Shown here piece after piece: positions 8,522 through 17,979 of a stretch of 64,000 nucleotides of DNA. The translations under genes were made by a program, and so were the position numbers. Source of the DNA: an uncultured bacterium (GTDB lineage Bacteria; Babelota; Babeliae; Babelales; Babelaceae). The stretch spans positions 1,120,001 through 1,184,000 of the forward strand of contig OY970332.1 of NCBI GenBank assembly GCA_963717435.1, read 5' to 3'. The notes under the pieces were generated by a model. It searched no databases. It was not told where the DNA came from and worked only from the letters and a program-made list of their open reading frames with translations. Within the stretch, counting starts at the first letter, position 1. Every line of letters begins with the position of its first letter.

Positions 8522-10048
8522 GTGAAAGACAACATGAAACAAGCTAAACTGCTTCTAACTGGCTTAATATTTATTAATATTTTTTCTGTAAATATTTTTT
8601 CTAAAGTAACAATAATCGAAAAAGGGTTAAGTTATGACGATGTTTTACTTGTACCACAAAAATCTTATGTCTCTTCGCGCCAATCTGTATCAACAAGATC
8701 AAGAGTAACAAAAAATATCTGGATCAATGTTCCAATAATAAGTGCAAATATGGACACCGTAACTGAGAGCAAGATGGCCATTGCCATGGCTCAACTTGGC
8801 GGAATTGGTGTAATTCACAGATTTAATTCTATAGAAAATCAAGTTAATGAAATTAAAAAAGTTAAACGATATCGCAATGCTGTTATCGAACATCCATTGA
8901 CCATAAAACCCGATTCGTCGATTCAAGAGGCGCAAGATATTATGCAACTTAATGGCGTTCAAAGTTTACTGGTTACAGATAATAGCGATAATAATAAGCT
9001 TGTGGGTATTATTACCAAGCGAGATTTAAGCTTCAACCCGGACCTGACTAATAAAGTCGAACAACTAATGACCCCCAAAGAAAAACTTATAGTTGGCCAA
9101 GATGGAATAAGCATAGACGAGGCACAAAAAATATTAACAAAATATCATATAGAAAAGTTGCCGCTAATTAAGCCAGATTGGACAATTGCTGGTCTAATAA
9201 CCGCTAAAGATATTTATACAAAATTAAAATTCCCAAATGCATCTGTCGATTCAAATGGGCGCCTGTTAGTTGGAGCAGCTATTGGGGTCAAAGATGATGC
9301 ATTTGAAAGAGCTGAAAAATTGGTTCAAGCTGGCGCAGATCTTTTGGTAATAGATATTGCGCACGGACATTCAGAATCAGTTTTAGATACATTAAATAAA
9401 ATAAAATCAAAATTTCCACAAGTTGATATTATCGCCGGTAATGTCGCGACAGCAGAAGGCGCTTTAGAACTCATAAAAGCTGGCGCAGATGCGATCAAAG
9501 TTGGAATCGGCCCCGGATCAATTTGCACAACAAGAATAGTTTCAGGCAGTGGATATCCACAATTGTCAGCTATTATTAATTGTGCGCAAGTTGCTGCGCA
9601 ATATAATATTCCAATAATTGGAGATGGTGGCATTAGATATTCTGGGGATATCACAAAAGCTATAGGCGCAGGAGCCTCTTGCGTGATGTTGGGTAGTTTG
9701 TTGGCAGGAACTGATGAAAGTCCAGGAATACCGTTCATAAAAAATGGCAAAAAATTTAAAATTGTCAGAGGCATGGCGTCATTTGGAGCAAATTTGAGCA
9801 GAGTGGAAAAAACAAATTCTAATAAAAATGCAGAAAATTATATCCCTGAGGGGGTCGAGGCGATTGTGCCCTATAAAGGCAATTTAACAGAAACTATTAA
9901 TCAACTAATTGGGGGCTTGAAATCGGGTATGAGCTATTGTGGAGTTGATAATCTAGAAGAGCTTTGTGGAAACGCAACTTTTATACAGATAACTTCTGCT
10001 GGAATTACAGAAAGTCATCCGCATGATGTGCAACAGATAGCAAGTTAA
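8522..10048 (+). CDS. IMPDH/GMPR family oxidoreductase with CBS domains and signal-peptide-like N-terminus
   Basis: YDDVLLVP, SANMDTVTE, DIAHGHS, GIGPGSICTTR, GMAS, PEGVE. No flap RY dyad, so guaB versus guaC is unresolved. Confidence 0.93.
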   Translation: MKDNMKQAKLLLTGLIFINIFSVNIFSKVTIIEKGLSYDDVLLVPQKSYVSSRQSVSTRSRVTKNIWINVPIISANMDTVTESKMAIAMAQLGGIGVIHRFNSIENQVNEIKKVKRYRNAVIEHPLTIKPDSSIQEAQDIMQLNGVQSLLVTDNSDNNKLVGIITKRDLSFNPDLTNKVEQLMTPKEKLIVGQDGISIDEAQKILTKYHIEKLPLIKPDWTIAGLITAKDIYTKLKFPNASVDSNGRLLVGAAIGVKDDAFERAEKLVQAGADLLVIDIAHGHSESVLDTLNKIKSKFPQVDIIAGNVATAEGALELIKAGADAIKVGIGPGSICTTRIVSGSGYPQLSAIINCAQVAAQYNIPIIGDGGIRYSGDITKAIGAGASCVMLGSLLAGTDESPGIPFIKNGKKFKIVRGMASFGANLSRVEKTNSNKNAENYIPEGVEAIVPYKGNLTETINQLIGGLKSGMSYCGVDNLEELCGNATFIQITSAGITESHPHDVQQIAS

Positions 10049-10127
10049 GTAAAATTTACAATATTTTAGGCTTAATATAAAATAGTAAATAAATTAAATT
10101 ATAAAATACTGGTAGGAGCTCCCAAAA

Positions 10128-11444
10128 ATGTCTTCCCAAAAATCGACAGCAACTTTAGATAAAATTGTAGCGCTATGTAAGCGTCGCGGATTTGTTTTCC
10201 AGTCTGCAGAAATTTATGGGGGGCTAAATGGTGTCTACGACATGGGGCCGTTGGGTCACACATTAAGACAAAATATTAAAAATTCTTGGATAGATTCTTT
10301 AAATAAAACGGGTTTAGAAATCTTATTTATGGACGGGGCTCTGCTTGCTCCTGAGGCTGTCTGGAAGGCGTCAGGACACGTTGAAAATTTTAATGACCCT
10401 ATGGTTGACTGTTTAACCTGCAAGCATAGATATAGAGCTGACGATCCTGATTTTGATATAAACAAAGCTTGTCCACATTGTGGAAACAAGAACTGGACAG
10501 AAGCGCGACAGTTCAACATGATGTTCAAAACCCAAGTTGGGGCCGCTGAAGGTGCCGGTTCAGTAGCGTACTTAAGACCTGAAACTGCCCAATCTATATT
10601 TATTAACTTTAAGAATATAATTTCAAGTTATAGAGTAAAAATACCATTCGGTATCGCACAAATTGGAAAAGCTTTCAGAAACGAAATTACACCTAAGCAA
10701 TTTTTATTCAGAATGCGCGAATTTGAACAAATGGAAATGGAATGGTTCTGCAAAGAAGAAACTGCTTTAGAATTTTTTAAATTCTGGTGCGAGACTCGTA
10801 AAAATTATTATAGCTCTATCGGCATAGACCCTGAAAAAATAAAATTAAGATCCCATACAAAAGAAGAATTGTCCCATTATTCTTCTGCAACTTCTGATGT
10901 CGAATATCAGTTCCCATTTGGGCTTAAAGAACTTGAGGGGATAGCTTATAGAGGTAATTTTGATTTATCTCAACATTCTAAATTCTCAGGAAAAGATTTG
11001 GGTGTATATGACGAAGAAACAAAGCAGTCTTATGTTCCACACGTTGTTGAATGTTCAGTTGGTGTCGACAGATTATTTTTAACAGTATTATTTGATGCGT
11101 ATTGCGAAGATGAAGTTGATGGTGAAACGCGAGTCGTCTTAAAACTTCACCCTAGACTGGCACCAATTAAAGCAGCATTTATGCCACTTACAAAAGAGTT
11201 GGGCCCGCAATTCTCAAAAATCTATGAAACGGTAAAAAAACTTGGCTATTCTGTTACTTATGACCAAACTGGTTCTATTGGCAAAAGGTATAGAAGACAG
11301 GACGAAATCGGTACTGTATTTTGTTTTACTTATGACTTTGATAGTGAAAAAGATAATTCTGTTACTGTAAGGCACAGAGATACAACCAAACAAGAACGCA
11401 TAAAAATTAGCGATATCGAAAGCTATTTAAAGCAAAATTTATAA
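10128..11444 (+). CDS. glyS: Glycine--tRNA ligase (alpha2, GlyRS-1 type)
   Basis: KRRGFVF..AEIYGG, YLRPETAQ, GKAFRNEITP..F.FR.REFEQME, SIGKRYRRQDEIGT. Confidence 0.97.
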   Translation: MSSQKSTATLDKIVALCKRRGFVFQSAEIYGGLNGVYDMGPLGHTLRQNIKNSWIDSLNKTGLEILFMDGALLAPEAVWKASGHVENFNDPMVDCLTCKHRYRADDPDFDINKACPHCGNKNWTEARQFNMMFKTQVGAAEGAGSVAYLRPETAQSIFINFKNIISSYRVKIPFGIAQIGKAFRNEITPKQFLFRMREFEQMEMEWFCKEETALEFFKFWCETRKNYYSSIGIDPEKIKLRSHTKEELSHYSSATSDVEYQFPFGLKELEGIAYRGNFDLSQHSKFSGKDLGVYDEETKQSYVPHVVECSVGVDRLFLTVLFDAYCEDEVDGETRVVLKLHPRLAPIKAAFMPLTKELGPQFSKIYETVKKLGYSVTYDQTGSIGKRYRRQDEIGTVFCFTYDFDSEKDNSVTVRHRDTTKQERIKISDIESYLKQNL

Positions 11445-11460
11445 TACAGCAGGCACCCGA

Positions 11461-11503
11461 CCCTTCGATACACTGCTCTTTGAGCAGCACTCAGGGCGAG
11501 CGG
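11461..11503 (+). repeat. Palindromic element family A (N4-TCGATACA-hairpin-CACTC-N4'-CGAGCGG)
   Basis: CCCT TCGATACA CTGCTC TTT GAGCAG CACTC AGGG CGAGCGG; homologues at 15295-15480, 15325-15374, 47745-47797 and 47812-47865. Confidence 0.85.
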
Positions 11504-11568
11504 GTGTATAGAGTTAACTGGGATTAGCTATAAATAATTAATTAAAAAAATTTAAAGAAAAGTTAAAT

Positions 11569-12135
11569 ATGAAAAGCTTATATTTGTGGGTCGGGCGCCA
11601 AGTTCATAGCAAGTATGCCACTTGGATTTTTAGCATCTTGTCTTTTATTGGCGGCTTTTTCTTCATGCCACTAACCACAATATTTACTGTTTATTGTCTT
11701 GAAAAGCGTAAGAAAATCTTTTTTTACGCGGCGCTTGCGACCATACTTTCAGTTGCGGGTGGAGTTGTCGGCTACTTTGTCGGCGTATTTTTGTGGGATT
11801 ATTTAAGCCCGTTCTTATTTAAATATCTTATTAATCCGGCACACTTTGAATATTGTCAGGTGCAGTATCTTAAATATCAAACACAGGCTATTTTCTGGAC
11901 CACTTTGCTACCGTTCCCCTATGAAGTTGTGGCTTATTCTGCAGGCTTCTGCAGCATCCCGCTATTAAATTTTATAGTTCTTTCACTTCTTGGCCGTGGA
12001 ATTAGATTCTCAATCTTTGGGACAGCTATTTATATTTGGGGCGAAGCTATAAACAAACTCATTGATAAATATTTTTATCCAATATTTTTTGCATTTTTGA
12101 GTCTATTTATTGCCATGATATATTTGGCAAGATAA
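11569..12135 (+). CDS. YqaA/DedA (VTT) family membrane protein
   Basis: ATILSVAGGVVGYFVG, LPFPY..AYSAG, SLLGRGIRF; multiple TM helices. Confidence 0.85.
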   Translation: MKSLYLWVGRQVHSKYATWIFSILSFIGGFFFMPLTTIFTVYCLEKRKKIFFYAALATILSVAGGVVGYFVGVFLWDYLSPFLFKYLINPAHFEYCQVQYLKYQTQAIFWTTLLPFPYEVVAYSAGFCSIPLLNFIVLSLLGRGIRFSIFGTAIYIWGEAINKLIDKYFYPIFFAFLSLFIAMIYLAR

Positions 12136-12167
12136 TCTAGATAAAAATAAGTAGAGAGAAATAAGTT

Positions 12168-13319
12168 ATGTATATAGATAAAAAAACTATTTTAATAGTT
12201 TTAGTTTCTCTTTTTTCTAGCCAATTATTTAGCGATTCAGTATTTACCAAATATCGAAAAAACTTTTTTAAAATAACAACTCTGACGGGTCATGATAGTG
12301 TCGTTGTCTCCGTAGTGTTCAGTCAAGATGGGAATTATGCTCTTTCCGGATCTCTGGATAAAACGGCCAAAATATGGGATCTGAAAGATAAGCATAATCC
12401 CAAAAAGCTAAGAACCTTGCGCGGGCATATTTCTGGTGTTCTGGCAGTAAGTCTTAGTAGCGATAGTAATTTTGCACTTTCTGCGTCCATGGACATGACA
12501 TTAAAACTATGGGATCTAAAAGACAAGAACAAGCCAACAGAGTTGGCAACTTTGCGTGGTCACACTGCCGGCGTTAGGGCAGTAAGTTTCAGTCCCGATG
12601 ACAACTACGCCCTTTCTGCATCTATGGACACAACAATAAAGTTGTGGGATCTGAAAGATAAACATAATCCAAAAGAATTAAAAACTTTGCGCGAACATGG
12701 CTGCGGTGTTTATTCGATAAGTTTTAGCCCAGACGGCAATTATGCACTATCTGGGTCAATAGATGGTGCAATAAAACTATGGGATCTAAGAGATAAAAAT
12801 AATCCAAAAGAGTTAAAAACTTTACGCGAGCATACCGCATGTCTTTATTCGATTAGTTTTAGCCCAGATGGCAATTATGCTCTTTCTGGCTCCTGGGATG
12901 ATACAATAAAACTATGGGATCTAAGAGATAAAAATAATCTAAAATTACTAACAACTCTGCGTGGTCATGAAGACGATGTCAACTCGGTAGCCTTTAGCCC
13001 TAACGGCAATTATGCTCTATCCGCGTCCAGCGATAATACAATAAGAATATGGGATCTAAGAGATAAAAATAAGCCCCGGGGCCTGACAAGTTTAACCGGT
13101 CATATTTTTAATGTTAACTCTGTCAGCTTTAGCCCCAACGGCAATTTTGCTCTTTCTGCCGGCAGTGATAATTTCCTAATATTATGGAACATTAGAATGG
13201 CAATACTAATGGCAAACTTGCCACCAACCCCTTTGAAAAAGTTATGGGATAAAATTTGCAGTAATTTGGGTCTGATTGACAAAAGCTATCCGTTGCAGGA
13301 TAATCAATCTATAGTTTGA
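12168..13319 (+). CDS. Secreted WD40-repeat protein (7 repeats)
   Basis: Signal peptide, then seven ~44-aa repeats L.GH...V.SVSFSPDGNYALS.S.D.TIKLWDL. Confidence 0.95.
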   Translation: MYIDKKTILIVLVSLFSSQLFSDSVFTKYRKNFFKITTLTGHDSVVVSVVFSQDGNYALSGSLDKTAKIWDLKDKHNPKKLRTLRGHISGVLAVSLSSDSNFALSASMDMTLKLWDLKDKNKPTELATLRGHTAGVRAVSFSPDDNYALSASMDTTIKLWDLKDKHNPKELKTLREHGCGVYSISFSPDGNYALSGSIDGAIKLWDLRDKNNPKELKTLREHTACLYSISFSPDGNYALSGSWDDTIKLWDLRDKNNLKLLTTLRGHEDDVNSVAFSPNGNYALSASSDNTIRIWDLRDKNKPRGLTSLTGHIFNVNSVSFSPNGNFALSAGSDNFLILWNIRMAILMANLPPTPLKKLWDKICSNLGLIDKSYPLQDNQSIV

Positions 13320-13459
13320 ATAGTTAAAAAGGCTATATTACAAAAAACTATTTTGTAATATAAAAACTAACTGAAAGGCATGGTAATCTGTCTTGTTACT
13401 TAAAATATTAATTTTATTTTAAATTTTTTGACAAGATAAATTATCAATCTTATAAATCT

Positions 13460-15274
13460 ATGATTTCCTCTTTAAACTCAGCAAAAGAGATAATTAAGTC
13501 TCTTGGAATAGTTTTTGGCGATATCGGAACAAGTCCAATCTACACGCTAACTGTCGCATTTGCCGTAATTCCAGCAACCGAGCCTAATGTAATTGGCATA
13601 CTGTCACTGATTATCTGGACACTAATATTATTGGTTACCGTTCAATATGCCTGGCTTGCAATGAGCCTTGCAATAAAAGGCGAGGGCGGGACCATAGTTC
13701 TTAGAGAAATTTTAATTCCCACATTAAAAAAGAAAAAACATGTTGCGCTAGTAACTTTTCTGGCATTTTTAGGGATATCTTTTTTTATTGGCGACGGGGT
13801 TATAACACCCGCTATCAGTATTTTGAGTGCCGTTGAAGGGCTCGAAGTTATTCCGGGACTTGCGGGATTATCACAAAAACTGATTATTCTTATCTCATGT
13901 ATTATAACAATAGGCTTATTTATCTTGCAAAAAAAGGGAACCGAGAAAGTTTCTATGGCATTCGGCCCAATAATGTTTGTTTGGTTCTGTGCCTTGGCAA
14001 TTTCAGGGGCACTTTATATTCTCCAATACCCTGCCGTTTTGAAAGCAATTAACCCTTATTATGCACTTAATTTTATGCTAAGTAATAAAATTTTGGGCTT
14101 TGTGATTTTATCTAAAGTTATACTATGCGCCACTGGTGGCGAAGCACTTTATGCCGATATGGGACATATTGGTAGAACGCCGATTATCAGTGCCTGGGCC
14201 CTGGCATTTACGTCACTGTTATTAACTTATTTGGGTCAAGGTGCATTTTTAATTCTTAACCCCAACTCAGTTAATATATTTTACGAGATGATATTTAGTC
14301 AGTGTAATATTTTGTATATCCCGTTTTTATTATTAAGTATTCTTGCAACTATTATAGCATCTCAGGCTATGATCTCTGGGATATTTTCAATAGTTTATCA
14401 AGGTATCATGACCAATATCATGCCCAAGCTTCATGTAGAATATACTTCAAGTAAATTAATGACCCAGATATATATCCCTGCTGTAAATTACTTTTTATTA
14501 AGCGCAGTATTATTTGTTATCTTAAAGTTTAAATATTCTTATAACCTGGCGAGTGCTTACGGGCTGGCCGCAAGTGGAACCATGACCATTACTGCGATAT
14601 TATTAACTTGGATATTCAAGAACAAAAAAGAGTATTTCAAGTCCCACGTTGCCCTTCTGGTATTAATCGTAAATATTATGTTTTTATGCGCAAATACCTA
14701 TAAGATTCCGCAGGGGGCCTACTGGTCACTCATAATCTCAAGTGTTCCTTTAACTTTAATCTTGATTTATGCATCAGGACAGAGAAAATTATACAAATCT
14801 TTGAGCCCACTCTCACTTGATGAATTTTTGGAAAACTATAAAAAATATTATCCCAAAATCACAAATATTTCCGGCACTGCTATATATCTGTCAAAAAAGA
14901 TTAATAGTATCCCAACTTATATAGATCACACTATGTTTATAAATAATATTATTTATGAAGATAATATTATCCTGTGCGTAAACACAAAAGAACGTCCTTT
15001 TGGGACCTCTGGTGTTATGCAACGGGAATTGGCGCCGGGCTTGAGGGTATTTGAGGTTAATGTCGGCTATATGGAGATAATGAATTTAGAATCTATCTTA
15101 AAGCAGGCCCATCTACAGCCCAAAGTTATATTTTATGGCGTCGAAGAGATTACGACAAAAAATATAGTCTGGAAAATCTATATGCTGATCAAAAAGCTTA
15201 CCCCCTCTTTTGTGCAGTTTTATAAGCTGCCGTCTCACAAGCTCCATGGGGTTATGGTACGCGTCGAGATGTAG
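13460..15274 (+). CDS. kup: KUP/HAK/KT potassium transporter
   Basis: GIVFGDIGTSPIY, GEGGT, GDGVITPAISILSAVEGL, TGGEALYADMGH, IASQAMISG, QIYIP.VN, AYG. Confidence 0.96.
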   Translation: MISSLNSAKEIIKSLGIVFGDIGTSPIYTLTVAFAVIPATEPNVIGILSLIIWTLILLVTVQYAWLAMSLAIKGEGGTIVLREILIPTLKKKKHVALVTFLAFLGISFFIGDGVITPAISILSAVEGLEVIPGLAGLSQKLIILISCIITIGLFILQKKGTEKVSMAFGPIMFVWFCALAISGALYILQYPAVLKAINPYYALNFMLSNKILGFVILSKVILCATGGEALYADMGHIGRTPIISAWALAFTSLLLTYLGQGAFLILNPNSVNIFYEMIFSQCNILYIPFLLLSILATIIASQAMISGIFSIVYQGIMTNIMPKLHVEYTSSKLMTQIYIPAVNYFLLSAVLFVILKFKYSYNLASAYGLAASGTMTITAILLTWIFKNKKEYFKSHVALLVLIVNIMFLCANTYKIPQGAYWSLIISSVPLTLILIYASGQRKLYKSLSPLSLDEFLENYKKYYPKITNISGTAIYLSKKINSIPTYIDHTMFINNIIYEDNIILCVNTKERPFGTSGVMQRELAPGLRVFEVNVGYMEIMNLESILKQAHLQPKVIFYGVEEITTKNIVWKIYMLIKKLTPSFVQFYKLPSHKLHGVMVRVEM

Positions 15275-15294
15275 TTACGAAAATTAATTTTTTA

Positions 15295-15480
15295 TGGTTT
15301 CGATACACCCGTCACCCGATCCCGCGCTCGCCCTGAGTGTTTTTCGAACATAGTGAGAAAAATGTATCGAAGGGTGCCGGGCAATCCCGCCTACGTTAAA
15401 AACTACGGCGGACGCAGCACCACGACTTGTGCGTCGTAGCTTGCCAAGCCGGTAGGCCTGGACAAGCGCAGTCGCAGCGG
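15295..15480. repeat. Nested composite of palindromic elements (families A and B)
   Basis: Outer family A copy TGGT(T)TCGATACA CCCG..CGGG CAATC [B] ACCA CGA [B] GCGG with an inverted family A copy in its loop (15325-15374). Confidence 0.8.
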
Positions 15481-15517
15481 GTAAAAAATTACTTTCTCAA
15501 AAAGCTAATTGGATATG

Positions 15518-15545
15518 AAAAAGGGCCCGTTTTAAGGGCCCTTTT
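15518..15545. terminator. Bidirectional intrinsic terminator between kup and rplU
   Basis: AAAAAGGGCCC-gttttaa-GGGCCCTTTT. Confidence 0.85.
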
Positions 15546-15566
15546 AATTTACTAAGTTATAAAAAC

Positions 15567-15902
15567 TTACAGAGACTCAACTCTGATAATCGTAAAGTTT
15601 TGTCTGTGTCCAATCTTACGAGCATACTTTTTACGTCTTTTGAACTTGAAAGATATGATCTTAGGTCCACGCATGTGCTTAACGATAGAAACTTCGATTC
15701 CGCCTTTAACATATGGGGCACCGATTTCAACTGAATCTTCACCAAGTTTTTTTAGCAAAACTTCATTAATCTTAATTTTGCTGCCTACCTGCGCATCTAG
15801 CTTTTCTACAGCTATAGTCTTACCTTCTAGGCCCTGGTATTGCTTGCCGCCTGTTTGAAATATAGCATAGCGGTCAAATTGTGGTATTAGGTTCTTGCTC
15901 AT
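15567..15902 (-). CDS. rplU: 50S ribosomal protein L21
   Basis: YAIFQTGGKQY, IGAPYV, KFKRRKKY..KIGHRQ.FT. Confidence 0.97.
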   Translation of the reverse strand: MSKNLIPQFDRYAIFQTGGKQYQGLEGKTIAVEKLDAQVGSKIKINEVLLKKLGEDSVEIGAPYVKGGIEVSIVKHMRGPKIISFKFKRRKKYARKIGHRQNFTIIRVESL

Positions 15903-16069
15903 CAGAGAACACTTTCTTAAAAAATTACTAAAGAAACTTAAAAACTTATTTATATCTTTATATATTAGCAGATTTTACGTATATGTCTATACAAAACCCA
16001 CTATATCTATTACTTAATTATTCAGATAGAAAACTTATTGGCTAGCTATTTAAGAAGCTATTTAACCAA

Positions 16070-16429
16070 CTATCTAATATGCAGCAAATATCGCAGATTT
16101 AGATAATTTTTGAGCTTACCCACCCTGGTGCCACCATTTGGCTTGTGCATGGGCTCGCCAAGCTCGTAAACATATAACACAGAACTAGCAATAAGAACTC
16201 GAATTTCACCAGAATTTACAAGCTTATTCGCACTTGCAAAGTACCTGTTTAATACTTTAAGGCTAATCTGGCTCAGTGTCGTGGCTGGCGTTACGGGAAT
16301 ATCAAAATCCCCGATTTTTGTATCCCCAAATTGTATATTAACTTTAATAAAATCTGGGCCGGAACAGTGTAAAAATAATAAATTAAGAGAAAAAACAGTA
16401 AAAACAGTAAGCTTTGTAAAAAAACGCAT
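16070..16429 (-). CDS. Hypothetical exported protein
   Basis: Signal-peptide-like N-terminus; no recognised domain. Confidence 0.55.
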   Translation of the reverse strand: MRFFTKLTVFTVFSLNLLFLHCSGPDFIKVNIQFGDTKIGDFDIPVTPATTLSQISLKVLNRYFASANKLVNSGEIRVLIASSVLYVYELGEPMHKPNGGTRVGKLKNYLNLRYLLHIR

Positions 16430-16621
16430 GGGACAACCCTGTTGATAATTTTTGGTAAATTTTAATAAATTTGTTTAATTCTGGGCCAGATTTTGGACAA
16501 TTTGAACAATATTTATAGCTAATTTGCCGATTTTCGATCTTTTTGTCAAAATAGATATAATATTAATATATTTAGTAATATAAAAACCCAGAAACTATAA
16601 ACAAAATAATAAGAGGTCATC

Positions 16622-17218
16622 ATGGCAAAAATAGATTTGGATCTTATCCAGGCTCTCAGAAATAGAACAGGCGTTGGTATGATGGACTGCAAAAAAGCAC
16701 TTCAAGAAACCGATGGGGATATCGAAAAAGCTGTTGAAATATTGCGTAAAAAGGGCGCAGCAATAGCTGAAAAGCGTTCTGGAAATGAAACGGCTCAGGG
16801 GATCGTACATAATTATATCCACCCTGGAGCAAAAATGGGCGTCATGGTACAAATTAATTGCGAAACAGATTTTGTTGCAAGTACACAAGATATGAAAAAC
16901 TTCGCTCAAGATTTGTGCTTACATATAGCTGCTTTTAAGCCTAAATATGTAAGACCCGAAGAAGTGGACCAAGAATTTATTAATAACGAAAAAAGAATAC
17001 TTATCGAACAACTAGAAGGTTCTGGCAAGCCTGCCGGAGTTATAACCCAAATTATTGATGGTAAGCTTAAAAAAGTATTCTCAGAAATATGTTTAATGCA
17101 GCAGCCGTTTGTTAAAAACGACCAACTTACTGTAGACGATGTCTTAAAAGATCTTATTGCAAAAATGGGCGAAAATATTAAAGTCACGAGATTTTGCAGA
17201 TTTGAAATCGGTGCATAA
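16622..17218 (+). CDS. tsf: Elongation factor Ts (short form)
   Basis: LRNRTGVGMMDCKKAL.E..GD.EKA.E.LRKKG, NCETDFVA, GENIKV.RF.RFEIG. Confidence 0.97.
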   Translation: MAKIDLDLIQALRNRTGVGMMDCKKALQETDGDIEKAVEILRKKGAAIAEKRSGNETAQGIVHNYIHPGAKMGVMVQINCETDFVASTQDMKNFAQDLCLHIAAFKPKYVRPEEVDQEFINNEKRILIEQLEGSGKPAGVITQIIDGKLKKVFSEICLMQQPFVKNDQLTVDDVLKDLIAKMGENIKVTRFCRFEIGA

Positions 17219-17234
17219 TTAATAGGAAACGTTT

Positions 17235-17819
17235 ATGAAAATAGATATTATTGAAGGCGCGAATACCAAGAACTTCGAGAAATCAGTCGAAACTGAGATG
17301 GACCCTCAAATAAAGCATCTTGAAAAAGAGCTTTTAAAGATAAGAACAGGTCGCGCCCACCCATCTTTAATAGAACATTTAAAAGTTGAGGCCTATGGCA
17401 GCGTAATGCAACTTAAAGAAGTTGCTGCAATTTCAGCGCCCGAAGCTTTGCTTTTGGTAATTCAACCCTGGGATAAGGCTGTTATGCCAGAAATAGAAAA
17501 GGCCATACAAACTTCAGATTTAGGGTTAACGCCGCTAAACGACGGTAATATCATACGCATAGCTTTGCCAAAAATGAGCAGCTCCCGTAGAGATGAGCTT
17601 ATAAAACTGCTTCATAAAAAAGTCGAAGAATCAAAAGTCTCTATAAGAAATATCAGAAAAGAAGTGCAAAATATATTAAGAGATTTTGAAAAATCTAAAA
17701 AGATTTCTGAAGACTATAATAGAAGGTTGCAAGAGAGCTTACAGAAAACAACTGACAAGGTTATTGAACTTGCTGACAAACTATCTTTAAAAAAAGAAGA
17801 AGAAATCAAACAAGTTTAA
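17235..17819 (+). CDS. frr: Ribosome recycling factor
   Basis: IRTGRA.P, IQPWDK, IEKAI..SDLGL.P.NDG..IRI..P, KVSIRNIR. Confidence 0.97.
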   Translation: MKIDIIEGANTKNFEKSVETEMDPQIKHLEKELLKIRTGRAHPSLIEHLKVEAYGSVMQLKEVAAISAPEALLLVIQPWDKAVMPEIEKAIQTSDLGLTPLNDGNIIRIALPKMSSSRRDELIKLLHKKVEESKVSIRNIRKEVQNILRDFEKSKKISEDYNRRLQESLQKTTDKVIELADKLSLKKEEEIKQV

Positions 17820-17889
17820 GTTTCCGCTTCACATTATGATGCCAATCTGATAGTATATATCAGACTTTTTAGATGAACTTTGAAATCAC

Positions 17890-17962
17890 GGGTCGCTAGC
17901 TCAATTGGTAGAGCGACAGACTCTTAATCTGCAGGTTCTTGGTTCGAATCCAAGGCGACCCA
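17890..17962 (+). tRNA. tRNA-Lys(CTT)
   Basis: GGGTCGC acceptor, CT-CTT-AA anticodon loop, GGTTCGAATCC. The 3' end reads ACA rather than ACCA. Confidence 0.94.
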
Positions 17963-17979
17963 CATGATTAAAATTAAAT

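Noticed and set aside
9325-9774. Long antisense ORFs (also 42477-42905, 16595-16909, 50558-50866 and others)
   Set aside because: Shadow frames opposite well-supported genes.
12283-13195. Periodic DNA repeats as a possible CRISPR array
   Set aside because: The repeats are in-frame WD40 coding units of ~132 nt with no unique spacers and no cas genes.
13320-13459. c-di-AMP (ydaO) riboswitch upstream of kup
   Set aside because: Very AT-rich and without the conserved motif; only an AT hairpin at about 13334-13362.
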